Positions 38,901 through 47,378 of a DNA stretch of 64,000 bases are shown here, piece by piece. The position numbers and the translations under genes were made by a program. This DNA comes from a virus. The stretch is taken from IMG/VR virus record IMGVR_UViG_3300033145_000849, positions 32,001 through 96,000 of that record; one strand, given 5' to 3'. Below the pieces are notes generated by a model. The model saw only the letters and a program-made list of their open reading frames with translations, was not told the origin of the DNA and did no database searches. Each line of letters opens with the position of its first letter. Position 1 is the stretch's first letter.

Positions 38901-40607
38901 TCCTAGCAGGTCTCCTTCTTTTACCATTTGATTAAAATTCCAAATATTAGAGCCAGGTCGACTCGAAGTAGCTTCTGCAGCATCTATCATTTTTTTAATT
39001 TCTGGGGCAACATCACCACTAGCAATAATAAATGGCATTGTTTCCTTAACTGCTAACTGCTTCATTGCTTCCTTGGAAATTACCATCTGTCCTTCTGGAG
39101 AAACTCCAAGTCTCATCATCTGTGCACCGTATTGGTCAGCAGAAAGATAAGCAGCAGATACCATAGGAGCTTCAACTCCAACTCTTTTAGCAGCCCATAA
39201 ATAATCAAACTGTCGTTGATCTGAAGCCATTGCTTTCATTGCAGATGCAGTAGGGGAAAATTCAGGACGAAGAAACTTACCAGGGAATCTAGCTATTTCA
39301 GATGCTTCAGGAACAAGAGAAGCCAATTCTCTAATATCAGTTGGATACATTACTGATTTAGCGATTTGATTAGCAGATAGTCCTGGGAACAAAGAGACCT
39401 GTTTGCCTGCTGCTTCTGTAGCATAACCACGAGCTATAGCTGTCTGATATTCTGTAGCCGACAATAATGGAAGATTGAATCCACGAGCTTTAGAATATGC
39501 AGCTTCTCCTCTCTTTCGTGGTCTGAGCATCCTTATGCCTCTAGACCTAATGTCAATATATTCTTCAAGACCTTGGCTTTGTGCAATCGCAGGAGATACA
39601 TATTCTGTAGTAGCAGTTATCATTTGTTCCCATTGGTGCACCATGTCATGCATATGACTACGTGTTAAACGATGTTGTTTCATCATCTCAGGAATTAAAT
39701 CTGTTACTGCTCTATTAAGGGCAAATTCTCCATGACTCATAGCCTTTCCTAATTGTCCTCCAACTAGTTCTCTGTACTCACCAGTAATATATTTAGCACC
39801 ACTTTTAATCATTACACCAGGTTGTCCTTTTAATCCCATGCCAATATTAAGCTTCAGCTCTCCAGGAAGACTACCTCCTCTAAGACTCAATTGCATTTGT
39901 CTACCTAAACCTTCTCTACTTGTTATCTCTATGTGAGCTTTAGCTCCAGTTAGTTTTTCCATCTGGAGAATACTTTGCCGAGCTCCCTCATTTTTTAAAG
40001 ATGTCCAGGGCCTAGCAATATGTTCTGTTCCTTCAAGAACAGGTAGTCCAAGAGCTTCCATTCCTACAGGTAGACCTTGTCGTGCTCTAGATTCTAAAAC
40101 GGGAATATCTTCCAAAAAGATAGAGGCTGCTCGGTCTAGGTGAATTCCTCCTCCTTGTCCAAGAACGATAGCTAATTCCCTAGCTGCTCCGTCAGCAGTA
40201 GTAGCATACTGTAATTTTTGGGAAACAATCCTAGTAGTCATGCCTGTTGGATCAGCTGCAGTAGCTGCCCTAGACCATGCGTCACGTATTTGGTCCACTG
40301 TTAGCTTGGTGGTTTTACCAAAATTGTTTAAGTTTTTAAGTTGCCATCGTTTCCTGGCAGAGGGAACTTGTTGAAAGTTTAAGTTGCCTGTATCTGTTTG
40401 GGTTACCTGGCCAGGCATATTCTTCAAGGTCTCTTGTGCAAAATCCCTAATGCCTACACCAGTAGCAGAATGAGATAATTGAGTTGGTGTGTTTTGAAGA
40501 GCATCTCTAATGCCAGTTAGATTACGAGCACCATATCCCACTCCAATTGCAAAGGGAGTAGCAATTAATGCAGTTTTAAATATAGATCCGCCATTATCAT
40601 CAGACAC
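35994..40607 (-). CDS. Putative single-chain two-barrel virion RNA polymerase in a tape-measure-like protein (1537 aa)
   Basis: Ordered motifs PEGQMVISKE, VKEGDLLG, KYAKLLGGHKG (38739-38762), DAIIS, LLRGRLPGS, VARHPHIGP (37476-37484), MAADTDGD (37245-37259). Hydrophobic Gly/Ala segments near both ends. Confidence 0.8.
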   Translation of the reverse strand: MSDDNGGSIFKTALIATPFAIGVGYGARNLTGIRDALQNTPTQLSHSATGVGIRDFAQETLKNMPGQVTQTDTGNLNFQQVPSARKRWQLKNLNNFGKTTKLTVDQIRDAWSRAATAADPTGMTTRIVSQKLQYATTADGAARELAIVLGQGGGIHLDRAASIFLEDIPVLESRARQGLPVGMEALGLPVLEGTEHIARPWTSLKNEGARQSILQMEKLTGAKAHIEITSREGLGRQMQLSLRGGSLPGELKLNIGMGLKGQPGVMIKSGAKYITGEYRELVGGQLGKAMSHGEFALNRAVTDLIPEMMKQHRLTRSHMHDMVHQWEQMITATTEYVSPAIAQSQGLEEYIDIRSRGIRMLRPRKRGEAAYSKARGFNLPLLSATEYQTAIARGYATEAAGKQVSLFPGLSANQIAKSVMYPTDIRELASLVPEASEIARFPGKFLRPEFSPTASAMKAMASDQRQFDYLWAAKRVGVEAPMVSAAYLSADQYGAQMMRLGVSPEGQMVISKEAMKQLAVKETMPFIIASGDVAPEIKKMIDAAEATSSRPGSNIWNFNQMVKEGDLLGMSPEGRPVTAPSAMRIVAGTQIEGSASRGDIISLVGEREITDPKYAKLLGGHKGMAMVADSGYMDKFKKLFGISGADAIISMTELKKNRQLHYDQMFTSLWEMSQVNMSQAGNKQFGELSRKFVESPFVEVANMRAAAREATKAASGFSDELMLKQLWSIGKESRLTSKQIGGVFGAVPTVFDIKGGAAGIYDWMTGQGMEISEREAREMSLGKAVGTTQMFFGGLGGPGAGRAATIEPRMFELAGGAHFGALGPKIQKDIAERMMGFYPERLMEQSELEKALGSVTGLKKVSGARSAQEISAGLKDMSSLAMPSEAGYLRIKGVGDIYMPSATNLKQLAGYKTATGKVVNTDLSRAYRNVIDAAGEYDARNLTKEGMMAQVDKLGSELAYSKALTVGGVGGLLRGRLPGSMALTAVQPGIRDVNILKDRFTAGITANYAEKMFKDLEKLGHDVTGMQKKFMAGERIAGMVARHPHIGPYSTQAVWFRKIAGKEAVIAMNTEVRNTVMAQGKLEGNALRKFQRDGARRIAEGAASPILLSPMIGMAADTDGDVISAILAGPQLEKNLATHLADPEAMAAYREHSIRTQILKAKAGQEGVTSLRQIMAGQTVAVGITKRPGALGKVSMALQEGRAAVLANAGKLSGADSQKALGLLEWMENTPISGKHIKASESTKMIDLFDQIAQSMKSRDGGSISNVARSVMDKSTAEGKAALEGGLTALIEDPISGRRTTEFIPGIGIDKTAQNVAHSLRAMENVQVGGVNAFRLRNLLMGKAKPSGAREIAAMSNREALAMSPYGSFFADVATPKGSMANVVSKGMSMVNRMGAAGRSMIPWAKPVALGGAAAIGLATILSAPPRTLGPGANTPPRPILQSGSGGSNLPVGGHSGSATRGSPSAPSPIGSANTARIAGPSRHKISILGQSDGGADYSSLSQQLRNAVGGQASVSSTINDRRSSLTPQKLSDILNG

Positions 40608-43600
40608 TATTCGAGACCTCTTCTTCGTATAAGTTCTTTGATTGATTGGGTTCTATCTTCAGAGATGTTTAAATCAATTCTATTTTCAGGAAGCCCATGT
40701 AATGGAGTTACGTTAACGTTAAAGGTACGAATATTATGTCCTGTCAAGACCTCGTTTATTCTCTTCCGAACCTCGTCTGCATCCATTCCTGCACTTGCCT
40801 CAGCAGCTGCTTCTGGCAAATATGGTCTACGATCTGCCTGTCTCTGCCTATCAGGCCATAGATCATAATCATACATATTTTCCCCTTCATTTTCTACTAT
40901 CTTAAGCTTAATATCATCTAGGTCTACAGCTGGATGCCATCCTACCCAGTCAGGACCAGGCAATGCGCGACCATCTAGTTCTTCTGATAACAGCTTAGTT
41001 CTTCTATACCAATCAGGATAAGACTCTTGAGGTTGTCGGGTTTTCAGATATTCTTCCCACAGATCCTTTGTCTTTGGCATCCCCTCAGCTTCTCTTTCTC
41101 GATATAGACCTTCAATCTCAGCTTCTGCGGCCTCAACCTGTCCTTCTGATAGGAGTCCCTGGTCTATAGCTTCTCTCATGTCACTAGCATCTTGAAGTTT
41201 CCAACGTGCAAGATATAGCGATTTCTCATTCTCGGGCACCATCTTCATAATCTCTGAACGTTCTTCCATGTTAGCTTCAGAGAATGCTGTAAAGTAATCC
41301 CTCTCTCTTCTTGGAAGTGAGCGATATAGTTGAGAAAAGTTAAAGGTGAAAGGATTAATCCCAAAGAGGGTCTCTCTACGCTTCTGTTCGTATTCCTTAA
41401 TGGACCCTTCATCTTCACCAAATTGGGCAGCTCTCTTAAGCCTGGTGTATTTAACATATTTTAGGATGTCAAAATAATCTTCCAGTCCACGTTTCTTTTC
41501 TATATGTTCAGGAATACCCTCCCATCCAAGGGCATTTTTTGTAGTCTCAATGAAGGGTTTAAAGAAGTCCCTAATAGGATGACCCCAGAAAGCGCTCTGG
41601 GTACCATATAGCTGGGTAGCTTTATAGTCTTCAACAGCTGTCCTCTGATGAACTAGTTTAGAAGCTGGAGCAACAGGTGTTAGATATTCAAGAGGAGTTT
41701 CAGAGCCATGAGCCAAAGTTTCCCAATAACTTCCAACAGTTCGCTCAAACCAACCAGGTCCAGATTCTGCTTTAGCAGCTTCATTAGCATTGATTAGCAG
41801 CTGTTGTACTGGAGTCACAGCCTGGTCTCTATACTTATAGGGAGAAAATTGCTTGCGAACCTTCTTAGCTGAGACCTGACTAAGGATCTCTTTGTATTCA
41901 GTATGCTCTTCTGCTGTTAATTGCTGACGTTTTGCAGCTCCCCTAACCCGAGATAAAGCCGTCCTGTACTTATCTGTATATGGAGCTACATCAGCTAGAA
42001 TCCTAAGGCGATCTAGATCAGGGTAGTTTTCAGGTGCAACTCCTTCTAGGTTAGGGTGTAAGGCTGCGTAGCCGGTCCCAGGAAGCCTTAACTCTCCTTC
42101 AGGTACCTTGACAAAGGGGTCACCATGTAAAAAGTCAGGAGAACGCTCTCCGGGCCCAGGAAGCCATTCTGGCATTAAGTTCCTAATAGGATTATATAGG
42201 GGTGTCTGGCGCCTTCTATGTGGATAGAGACGTCTTATTAGTTCTGTAGTTCCCAGACCACCGCCCAGCTCTAAGTCCCAGTATGCTCGTTCAGCACCAT
42301 ACATCCTGCGAGCTGACTCAAGCTGCATCTCCTGAGCAAAAGTATCTGATTCTCCAGTAATAGACTCTTTAATAGCAGTCATGGTAAAGCCTGGAAGACC
42401 AACCATTTCTGTCATACGATAAATTTGTTCTCCAATAACACCTTTGGTTCCATAAGGAGAGATAGGAGCTCCTGTTCCTTCTTCTCCTAATTCTGGAATG
42501 GCAGGTCTTTGGCCAAATCTAGGTGCCATCTCCAGAACTTCTGTTCCACCAGAACCTTCTCTTGTCCATTCATCTACATGCATCAATTTGGGAGGCTTTA
42601 CTAGTCTGCCTATAGTTGCAGCAAGAAGGGGCCCAATAAACGGAACGTCTTCAAAAGCTGTACCTGTTATAGGATAAGGTCTCTCACGGTAATGTTTTTG
42701 CTCTAGTTCGTAGGTGAAGTTTTCTTTCCATAAACGATCAAATGGAGAAAGTTCTCCGTCTCCGTAGATAGACTTTTCTTTAGCTCTCGCTAACATTCTT
42801 GGATACCAGTGAGGTCTGAACCTGTCTATCCTAGTTCCTTCATAAGGGGAGTTGTGGACTAAAAACGTACCCGCTTGAAGTAGATGGTCTGGATGGTCTA
42901 TCTCAAAATCATAAACAGTATCGTTGTAATATTCATGCTTTACGTCTATTACTCTTGTATAGAGTTTATGGTTCTTCCATTGATATCCTTGTCCTGGCTT
43001 ACCAGCTGTATCAGGATTCCAACCAATTCGGTATCTGTAGCTATTCTTCCCATCTTTCTTTATGTAATTACATTTTTCTACCTTAGGAATTGTTGGGACA
43101 ATACCTTGTGATAAAAGAATAGTTTGAACAAAGTCTATAAATTGCCTACGACAAGCTGAGAGAACTTTTCTTTTTCTATCAGAATGTCCATCTCCTCTCC
43201 ATAATCCAAGCAGAAGAGCGTCATGGAACCATCTAGAAGTATTAAGAAACCACCAGGGTATCTCTTTATCGTTTGACCTATCAGATTGATAAAACAGTTC
43301 AAAAAAGACTCGGGACAGCAACGAGTTGCAAATCCTGACTATCCAACAGCCTTCGTCAGTATCTTTTTTACCCTTCTTAAATCTAACCGTAATATCAATA
43401 TCAAATAAGCTTTTTACAATATGTTTAATATCGTCAACAATCCACTTCTCATCTAACGCATGTACGGTTTCTATCATCCCAGGAAGACCGTTTTTAAACG
43501 ACAAGTTTCCTTCAGCTAGGAAATATCCGAATAACCTTCCTAATCTATGGGTCAATTCTATTTGTCGAGGAATGCCAGAGCCTCTGCTTTGCTGAAGTCG

Positions 43601-45679
43601 TTTGGTGTACCAGTTAATTTGTGCTGGCAATATCTTGTCTTCAGAAATAATAAACTGTCCAACTTTAATAAAATCCTCTAACTCAATTTGTTGAATAGGA
43701 TATTCTTGTAGTTGTAGTTGAGGTATGGGCACCTGAACGAAATCGCCTTCCTCTATCTCTCCAGCTTCTACTTCTTCTACAATCCTTTCGTCTTTAAGGA
43801 TATGGTATCCATGACTATTCTTTTCTTTCATAACAGGAAGAACATGATTTTCTGTTAGCCCTGTAGTAAGGTTCCTATCTAGACAAGTAGTAATCTGGAC
43901 GACTGTACCTTGATGAAACCTCTTATAAATTCCAAGAATTTTGTGTTTCTGGCCATCACTACCAATAGCAGTGTCTTCAAGAGAGATGTCTTTAGCTTGT
44001 TTTGATTGGCCAAATCCTGTGTAAATCTCATTAGTTGCAACGTTACATCGCCCAAACTCCCACCATTTACCTTTCTTGATGGCTACTTGCTGTTGTCCAG
44101 AATAGAGTCTTTCAAGCTCATCTGGTCTAGTACTGGGAGTTAATGCTCCAGGAATGAAAGGAGCTACTGCAGCAAGACCCAGAGCACCACCAGCTAAAGC
44201 TCTAATCTTACCAGGAGTAATATCCCCTAACATTCTAAGGAATCCACCAGTAATGGTTCTTCTTCTTTGAAGTTTAGATATTCCTCTTGCTACCTTTCCT
44301 TGCCATCCACCAAGAGTTTTAGTTGTTTGTTCTTTGATAAGGGCAAGAGTTTTAGCGTCAGCTGCACTTTCTAATGCTGGAGATATTTTTTTACCATAGA
44401 CAGCTTGACGAAAGAATTCTGATTCTGCACTAGCAGCTATAGCAGCTTGGTCACCACTAAGACCAGCTGTTCTCATCGAAACCTGTCTCATTAATCTACC
44501 AGCATAACCAACCCCAACTCCACCTAGAGTACCCATGATAGGGAAGGCTAATAGACGAGACAATTCAGTACTACCAGGGGCTACTTCTTCTTGTGCTTCT
44601 CGATAAGCATGTCCACCTGTTAGTTCAGCTAGCTTAGATATAGCTAATTGGCTTCTGGTCCATAAGGAACCAAAACCAGCAGTTATTCCTTCTGCAAATA
44701 TAGTGCTGTCTAGAAGGCTAGATTGGCGCGCTTCATAGTCTAATTGCTGATAGCCTAAAAAAGTAGCAGACCCTAGTAGTCCTAGTTTTCCAGTTATTTT
44801 TGCAACTGTCTTTAAGCCACTAGAGGGAACAACTCCAAAGCGAAGATTTTTAAGGAGAGGAACTTTTTCAAATATTGATTTAAAAGGTTCAAGTTCAAAA
44901 GGAGCTCTAGCTAACTGATTGATTCTTTCAGCTAGAGAAGTACCATATCCAGCTAGAAATCTGCCTGCTGCCTGAGTTCTACTGTGTCCTCCTGTAAATG
45001 AAATGACCTCATCAGCAAGAGTTCCTTGAGCAGTTTGAAATGGAATCCGTTGGTTAAATACTTTTCCTGCCCATGCTGCTTCTTTAGTTGCAAACTGATG
45101 GATAGTCTCTGTAGATAACTTTTCAGATAATGGACCTCCAGCTAATGAACGAGCATATCCAGCTACAAATGCTGACATAGCTCCTACTGGAGAACGAACA
45201 ACACCAGCATGACGTAGAAGAACTTCTCTACCAGTTTTACCGTAGAGGAGTTGTCCAGACTCAAAACGAAAGCCGGCTTCCATCATCTTGCTGGCATTCA
45301 TACTCTTGCCAGTTACTCTGCTTAAATGATCTAACCAACCACGACCTTGACCTGTTGCTCTAATGTCCCTGATTATGTCTGGGGAAAAATACTTATATTG
45401 GAGAGAAGGGGTCTCCAGACTAGACAGCATTTGGCTGACTTGGAAGGTTCTAAACACTCTACCGGGAGAGTATTCCTCAATACCTCTAGCTATTTGAGAA
45501 TATAGATCGAAACCTCTATAGCCAGGACGTAGCTGGGCACGGCCAAATAGAGCTAAAGCTCCTATTCCTGCGCCAAACTTAGCGAATCCAAGAGCTTGTT
45601 CTCCTGTAGAATTAGGGACTATCTGAGGACCAGAAGTCCATTCAGAGCTAGAGGTATTGTATTGATACGGATAGGCCAA
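40607..45679 (-). CDS. Tape-measure-position/ejected virion protein with an intein (1690-aa precursor, ~1291 aa spliced)
   Basis: Follows the tail chaperones; Gly/Ala-rich hydrophobic segments in the N-terminal third; intein at residues 545-943. Confidence 0.75.
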   Translation of the reverse strand: MAYPYQYNTSSSEWTSGPQIVPNSTGEQALGFAKFGAGIGALALFGRAQLRPGYRGFDLYSQIARGIEEYSPGRVFRTFQVSQMLSSLETPSLQYKYFSPDIIRDIRATGQGRGWLDHLSRVTGKSMNASKMMEAGFRFESGQLLYGKTGREVLLRHAGVVRSPVGAMSAFVAGYARSLAGGPLSEKLSTETIHQFATKEAAWAGKVFNQRIPFQTAQGTLADEVISFTGGHSRTQAAGRFLAGYGTSLAERINQLARAPFELEPFKSIFEKVPLLKNLRFGVVPSSGLKTVAKITGKLGLLGSATFLGYQQLDYEARQSSLLDSTIFAEGITAGFGSLWTRSQLAISKLAELTGGHAYREAQEEVAPGSTELSRLLAFPIMGTLGGVGVGYAGRLMRQVSMRTAGLSGDQAAIAASAESEFFRQAVYGKKISPALESAADAKTLALIKEQTTKTLGGWQGKVARGISKLQRRRTITGGFLRMLGDITPGKIRALAGGALGLAAVAPFIPGALTPSTRPDELERLYSGQQQVAIKKGKWWEFGRCNVATNEIYTGFGQSKQAKDISLEDTAIGSDGQKHKILGIYKRFHQGTVVQITTCLDRNLTTGLTENHVLPVMKEKNSHGYHILKDERIVEEVEAGEIEEGDFVQVPIPQLQLQEYPIQQIELEDFIKVGQFIISEDKILPAQINWYTKRLQQSRGSGIPRQIELTHRLGRLFGYFLAEGNLSFKNGLPGMIETVHALDEKWIVDDIKHIVKSLFDIDITVRFKKGKKDTDEGCWIVRICNSLLSRVFFELFYQSDRSNDKEIPWWFLNTSRWFHDALLLGLWRGDGHSDRKRKVLSACRRQFIDFVQTILLSQGIVPTIPKVEKCNYIKKDGKNSYRYRIGWNPDTAGKPGQGYQWKNHKLYTRVIDVKHEYYNDTVYDFEIDHPDHLLQAGTFLVHNSPYEGTRIDRFRPHWYPRMLARAKEKSIYGDGELSPFDRLWKENFTYELEQKHYRERPYPITGTAFEDVPFIGPLLAATIGRLVKPPKLMHVDEWTREGSGGTEVLEMAPRFGQRPAIPELGEEGTGAPISPYGTKGVIGEQIYRMTEMVGLPGFTMTAIKESITGESDTFAQEMQLESARRMYGAERAYWDLELGGGLGTTELIRRLYPHRRRQTPLYNPIRNLMPEWLPGPGERSPDFLHGDPFVKVPEGELRLPGTGYAALHPNLEGVAPENYPDLDRLRILADVAPYTDKYRTALSRVRGAAKRQQLTAEEHTEYKEILSQVSAKKVRKQFSPYKYRDQAVTPVQQLLINANEAAKAESGPGWFERTVGSYWETLAHGSETPLEYLTPVAPASKLVHQRTAVEDYKATQLYGTQSAFWGHPIRDFFKPFIETTKNALGWEGIPEHIEKKRGLEDYFDILKYVKYTRLKRAAQFGEDEGSIKEYEQKRRETLFGINPFTFNFSQLYRSLPRRERDYFTAFSEANMEERSEIMKMVPENEKSLYLARWKLQDASDMREAIDQGLLSEGQVEAAEAEIEGLYREREAEGMPKTKDLWEEYLKTRQPQESYPDWYRRTKLLSEELDGRALPGPDWVGWHPAVDLDDIKLKIVENEGENMYDYDLWPDRQRQADRRPYLPEAAAEASAGMDADEVRKRINEVLTGHNIRTFNVNVTPLHGLPENRIDLNISEDRTQSIKELIRRRGLE
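42851..44047 (-). mobile_element. Intein (Hint domain) with LAGLIDADG homing endonuclease, 399 aa
   Basis: N-terminal Cys (EFGR|CNVATN), block B LTENHVL, block C LFGYFLAEG, block E LLGLWRGDG, blocks F/G VYDFEI...FLVHN|S with Ser at +1. Confidence 0.95.
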
Positions 45680-45688
45680 TCAGAACAC

Positions 45689-46558
45689 CTACTTGGGTTT
45701 ATCATGTTTCTTCTTCAGTTCTTCCAATAAATCAGCATAGATAACTTGAGCGTCCTCTACCATCTTAGCGCGATTTATATGTAAGTCTGTAGCTTCATGA
45801 CTAGAAACACCAAACACGTCGTGTTCTGCCCTCTCTTGTTCAAAGTCAATCTTATGAGTACCTGGGCCTTCTAATACTGGAGATTTGTCCCACCACTTCT
45901 TCTTACCAGAAGGAGTCTTGGGAGCAGATGCAGGAGCAGGTTGGGGAGGTGGTTTTGTAGTTTTTGCTTTTCTCTGCTGTTCCCATAATTCTCTTGGATC
46001 TACGTTTTGTAGTGGTCTTTCAGGCGGAGGCTGTTGTGGTTGTTGTTGCTCGGTTTCGTCAAGGAAAGAGAGAGGTTCCTTAAGGGCTCCTAATTGGAGT
46101 AGCTTGTCTTCTGCCTGAGCTGCTCTAATGAGCACTGTCTCGTATTCCATCTCGTATATTTCTTCTGGTTTATAAGGGAAAGCCATAGTGATAACTTTGA
46201 CTAGTTCATGAAGACCACGTACTCCATTTGCAGTTAGAACTTCTCTTGCAAGCTGTAGATCTCTGTTAAATCTTTCTACATCTTGCGGACCAGAATACTC
46301 CCAAATATTCTGAACCACTGTAGTGATAATACCTGCTTTAAAGAAAGGCATTTGGCGAACTACTGCGTCATCAGTAACACACTGTTTAAAGATTTCGTCT
46401 TCAAGTTGAGCAGCAGAAATTAGATTTCTATTGTTGTCTTGATGGTATTGTATATATTTCTTTAGAGAAAGAGGTTTCCAGGGTACAAAAAGCCCATTAG
46501 GAAAAAGAGTTCCTAAAGTAGAACCGTATTCTTTACGGGCTTCATACAGCCGATCCAT
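45689..46558 (-). CDS. Tail assembly chaperone-like protein 2 (289 aa)
   Basis: WKPLSLKKY..LEDEIFKQCV..AGIITTVVQNI mirrors the upstream chaperone; Pro/Gln-rich linker. Confidence 0.7.
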   Translation of the reverse strand: MDRLYEARKEYGSTLGTLFPNGLFVPWKPLSLKKYIQYHQDNNRNLISAAQLEDEIFKQCVTDDAVVRQMPFFKAGIITTVVQNIWEYSGPQDVERFNRDLQLAREVLTANGVRGLHELVKVITMAFPYKPEEIYEMEYETVLIRAAQAEDKLLQLGALKEPLSFLDETEQQQPQQPPPERPLQNVDPRELWEQQRKAKTTKPPPQPAPASAPKTPSGKKKWWDKSPVLEGPGTHKIDFEQERAEHDVFGVSSHEATDLHINRAKMVEDAQVIYADLLEELKKKHDKPK

Positions 46559-47007
46559 TACAGTTTAATTACTAATACACTAGCTGCTTGAGGAGATAAG
46601 AAGTTGGAATTTTGCATAATCTGTTCGGATAGAGATGGTGCAGTTCCAGCCTTTTTATTTAGATCAAGAATAGCAGGATACAAAACACATGTATTACAAA
46701 TTGTCTCTTCAAGTTTAAACTGATCCATTTCTACTTCTGGATTCTGAGACATGGTTTGTATTTTTACATACTCCGGACGAGAAAGAGGTCTAAAAATATA
46801 CATTTCTGTTGGTGAAAATCCAGAGGCAAAGATCTCTCCATACTCTGTTTTCCATAGCTCTCTCTGTTCTGTTGAAGGAACGTCAGGTAGTTTATCTAAA
46901 TGTGCAGTAAGTTCCTCTTCTACTTGTTTTTGAGCTGCTTGTTCTTTTTCTTCTTGGACTACTGGAGCTTTGGGTACCTCAGTAGTTTCTGGTGTTGGTT
47001 CGGTCAT
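46558..47007 (-). CDS. Tail assembly chaperone (149 aa)
   Basis: WKTEYGEIF..YIFRPLSRPEY..EETICNTCVLYP..AGTAPSLSEQI; lies between tube genes and the tape measure. Confidence 0.8.
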   Translation of the reverse strand: MTEPTPETTEVPKAPVVQEEKEQAAQKQVEEELTAHLDKLPDVPSTEQRELWKTEYGEIFASGFSPTEMYIFRPLSRPEYVKIQTMSQNPEVEMDQFKLEETICNTCVLYPAILDLNKKAGTAPSLSEQIMQNSNFLSPQAASVLVIKL

Positions 47008-47020
47008 GAAATTCTCCTAT

Positions 47021-47359
47021 TTAAAATTCTATATTATCCAGTCTTTCATCAAGATCTGTTTTAATTTTTGGTGGATGTTCAGGGACATAGGGTAGGTTTT
47101 TTACTGTTTGAATTTTGCCTACTCCACTGATTTCTATTTTAGTCCTTGCAGGTCCTGCAGAAAAATATTGAGGTGGCGCTGATCCCATTAAATATATTGG
47201 ATATTTATCTCTAATATTTGATAAACTCATATTACAGTGTTCCATTATGTAATGTGTTTCTTGCAACCTACCGTCTTTATGTCTATGACGGATGATTAGT
47301 TCGGCTTCATATACTTCGGGATTGTCCATTAACGATTCATATGTTTCTACTAAAGACAT
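47021..47359 (-). CDS. Small protein containing a tail-tube-like segment (112 aa)
   Basis: RDKYPIYLMGSAPPQYFSAG resembles REKAPIYTMGSADPRSYSRG of the tube protein. Confidence 0.6.
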   Translation of the reverse strand: MSLVETYESLMDNPEVYEAELIIRHRHKDGRLQETHYIMEHCNMSLSNIRDKYPIYLMGSAPPQYFSAGPARTKIEISGVGKIQTVKNLPYVPEHPPKIKTDLDERLDNIEF

Positions 47360-47378
47360 TGATTATCCTATACTTGCG

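Noticed and set aside
46645-46662. Slippery site (AAT AAA AAG) in the first tail chaperone
   Set aside because: It reads T AAA AAG rather than a canonical X XXY YYZ heptamer, and the downstream ORF has its own coupled ATG
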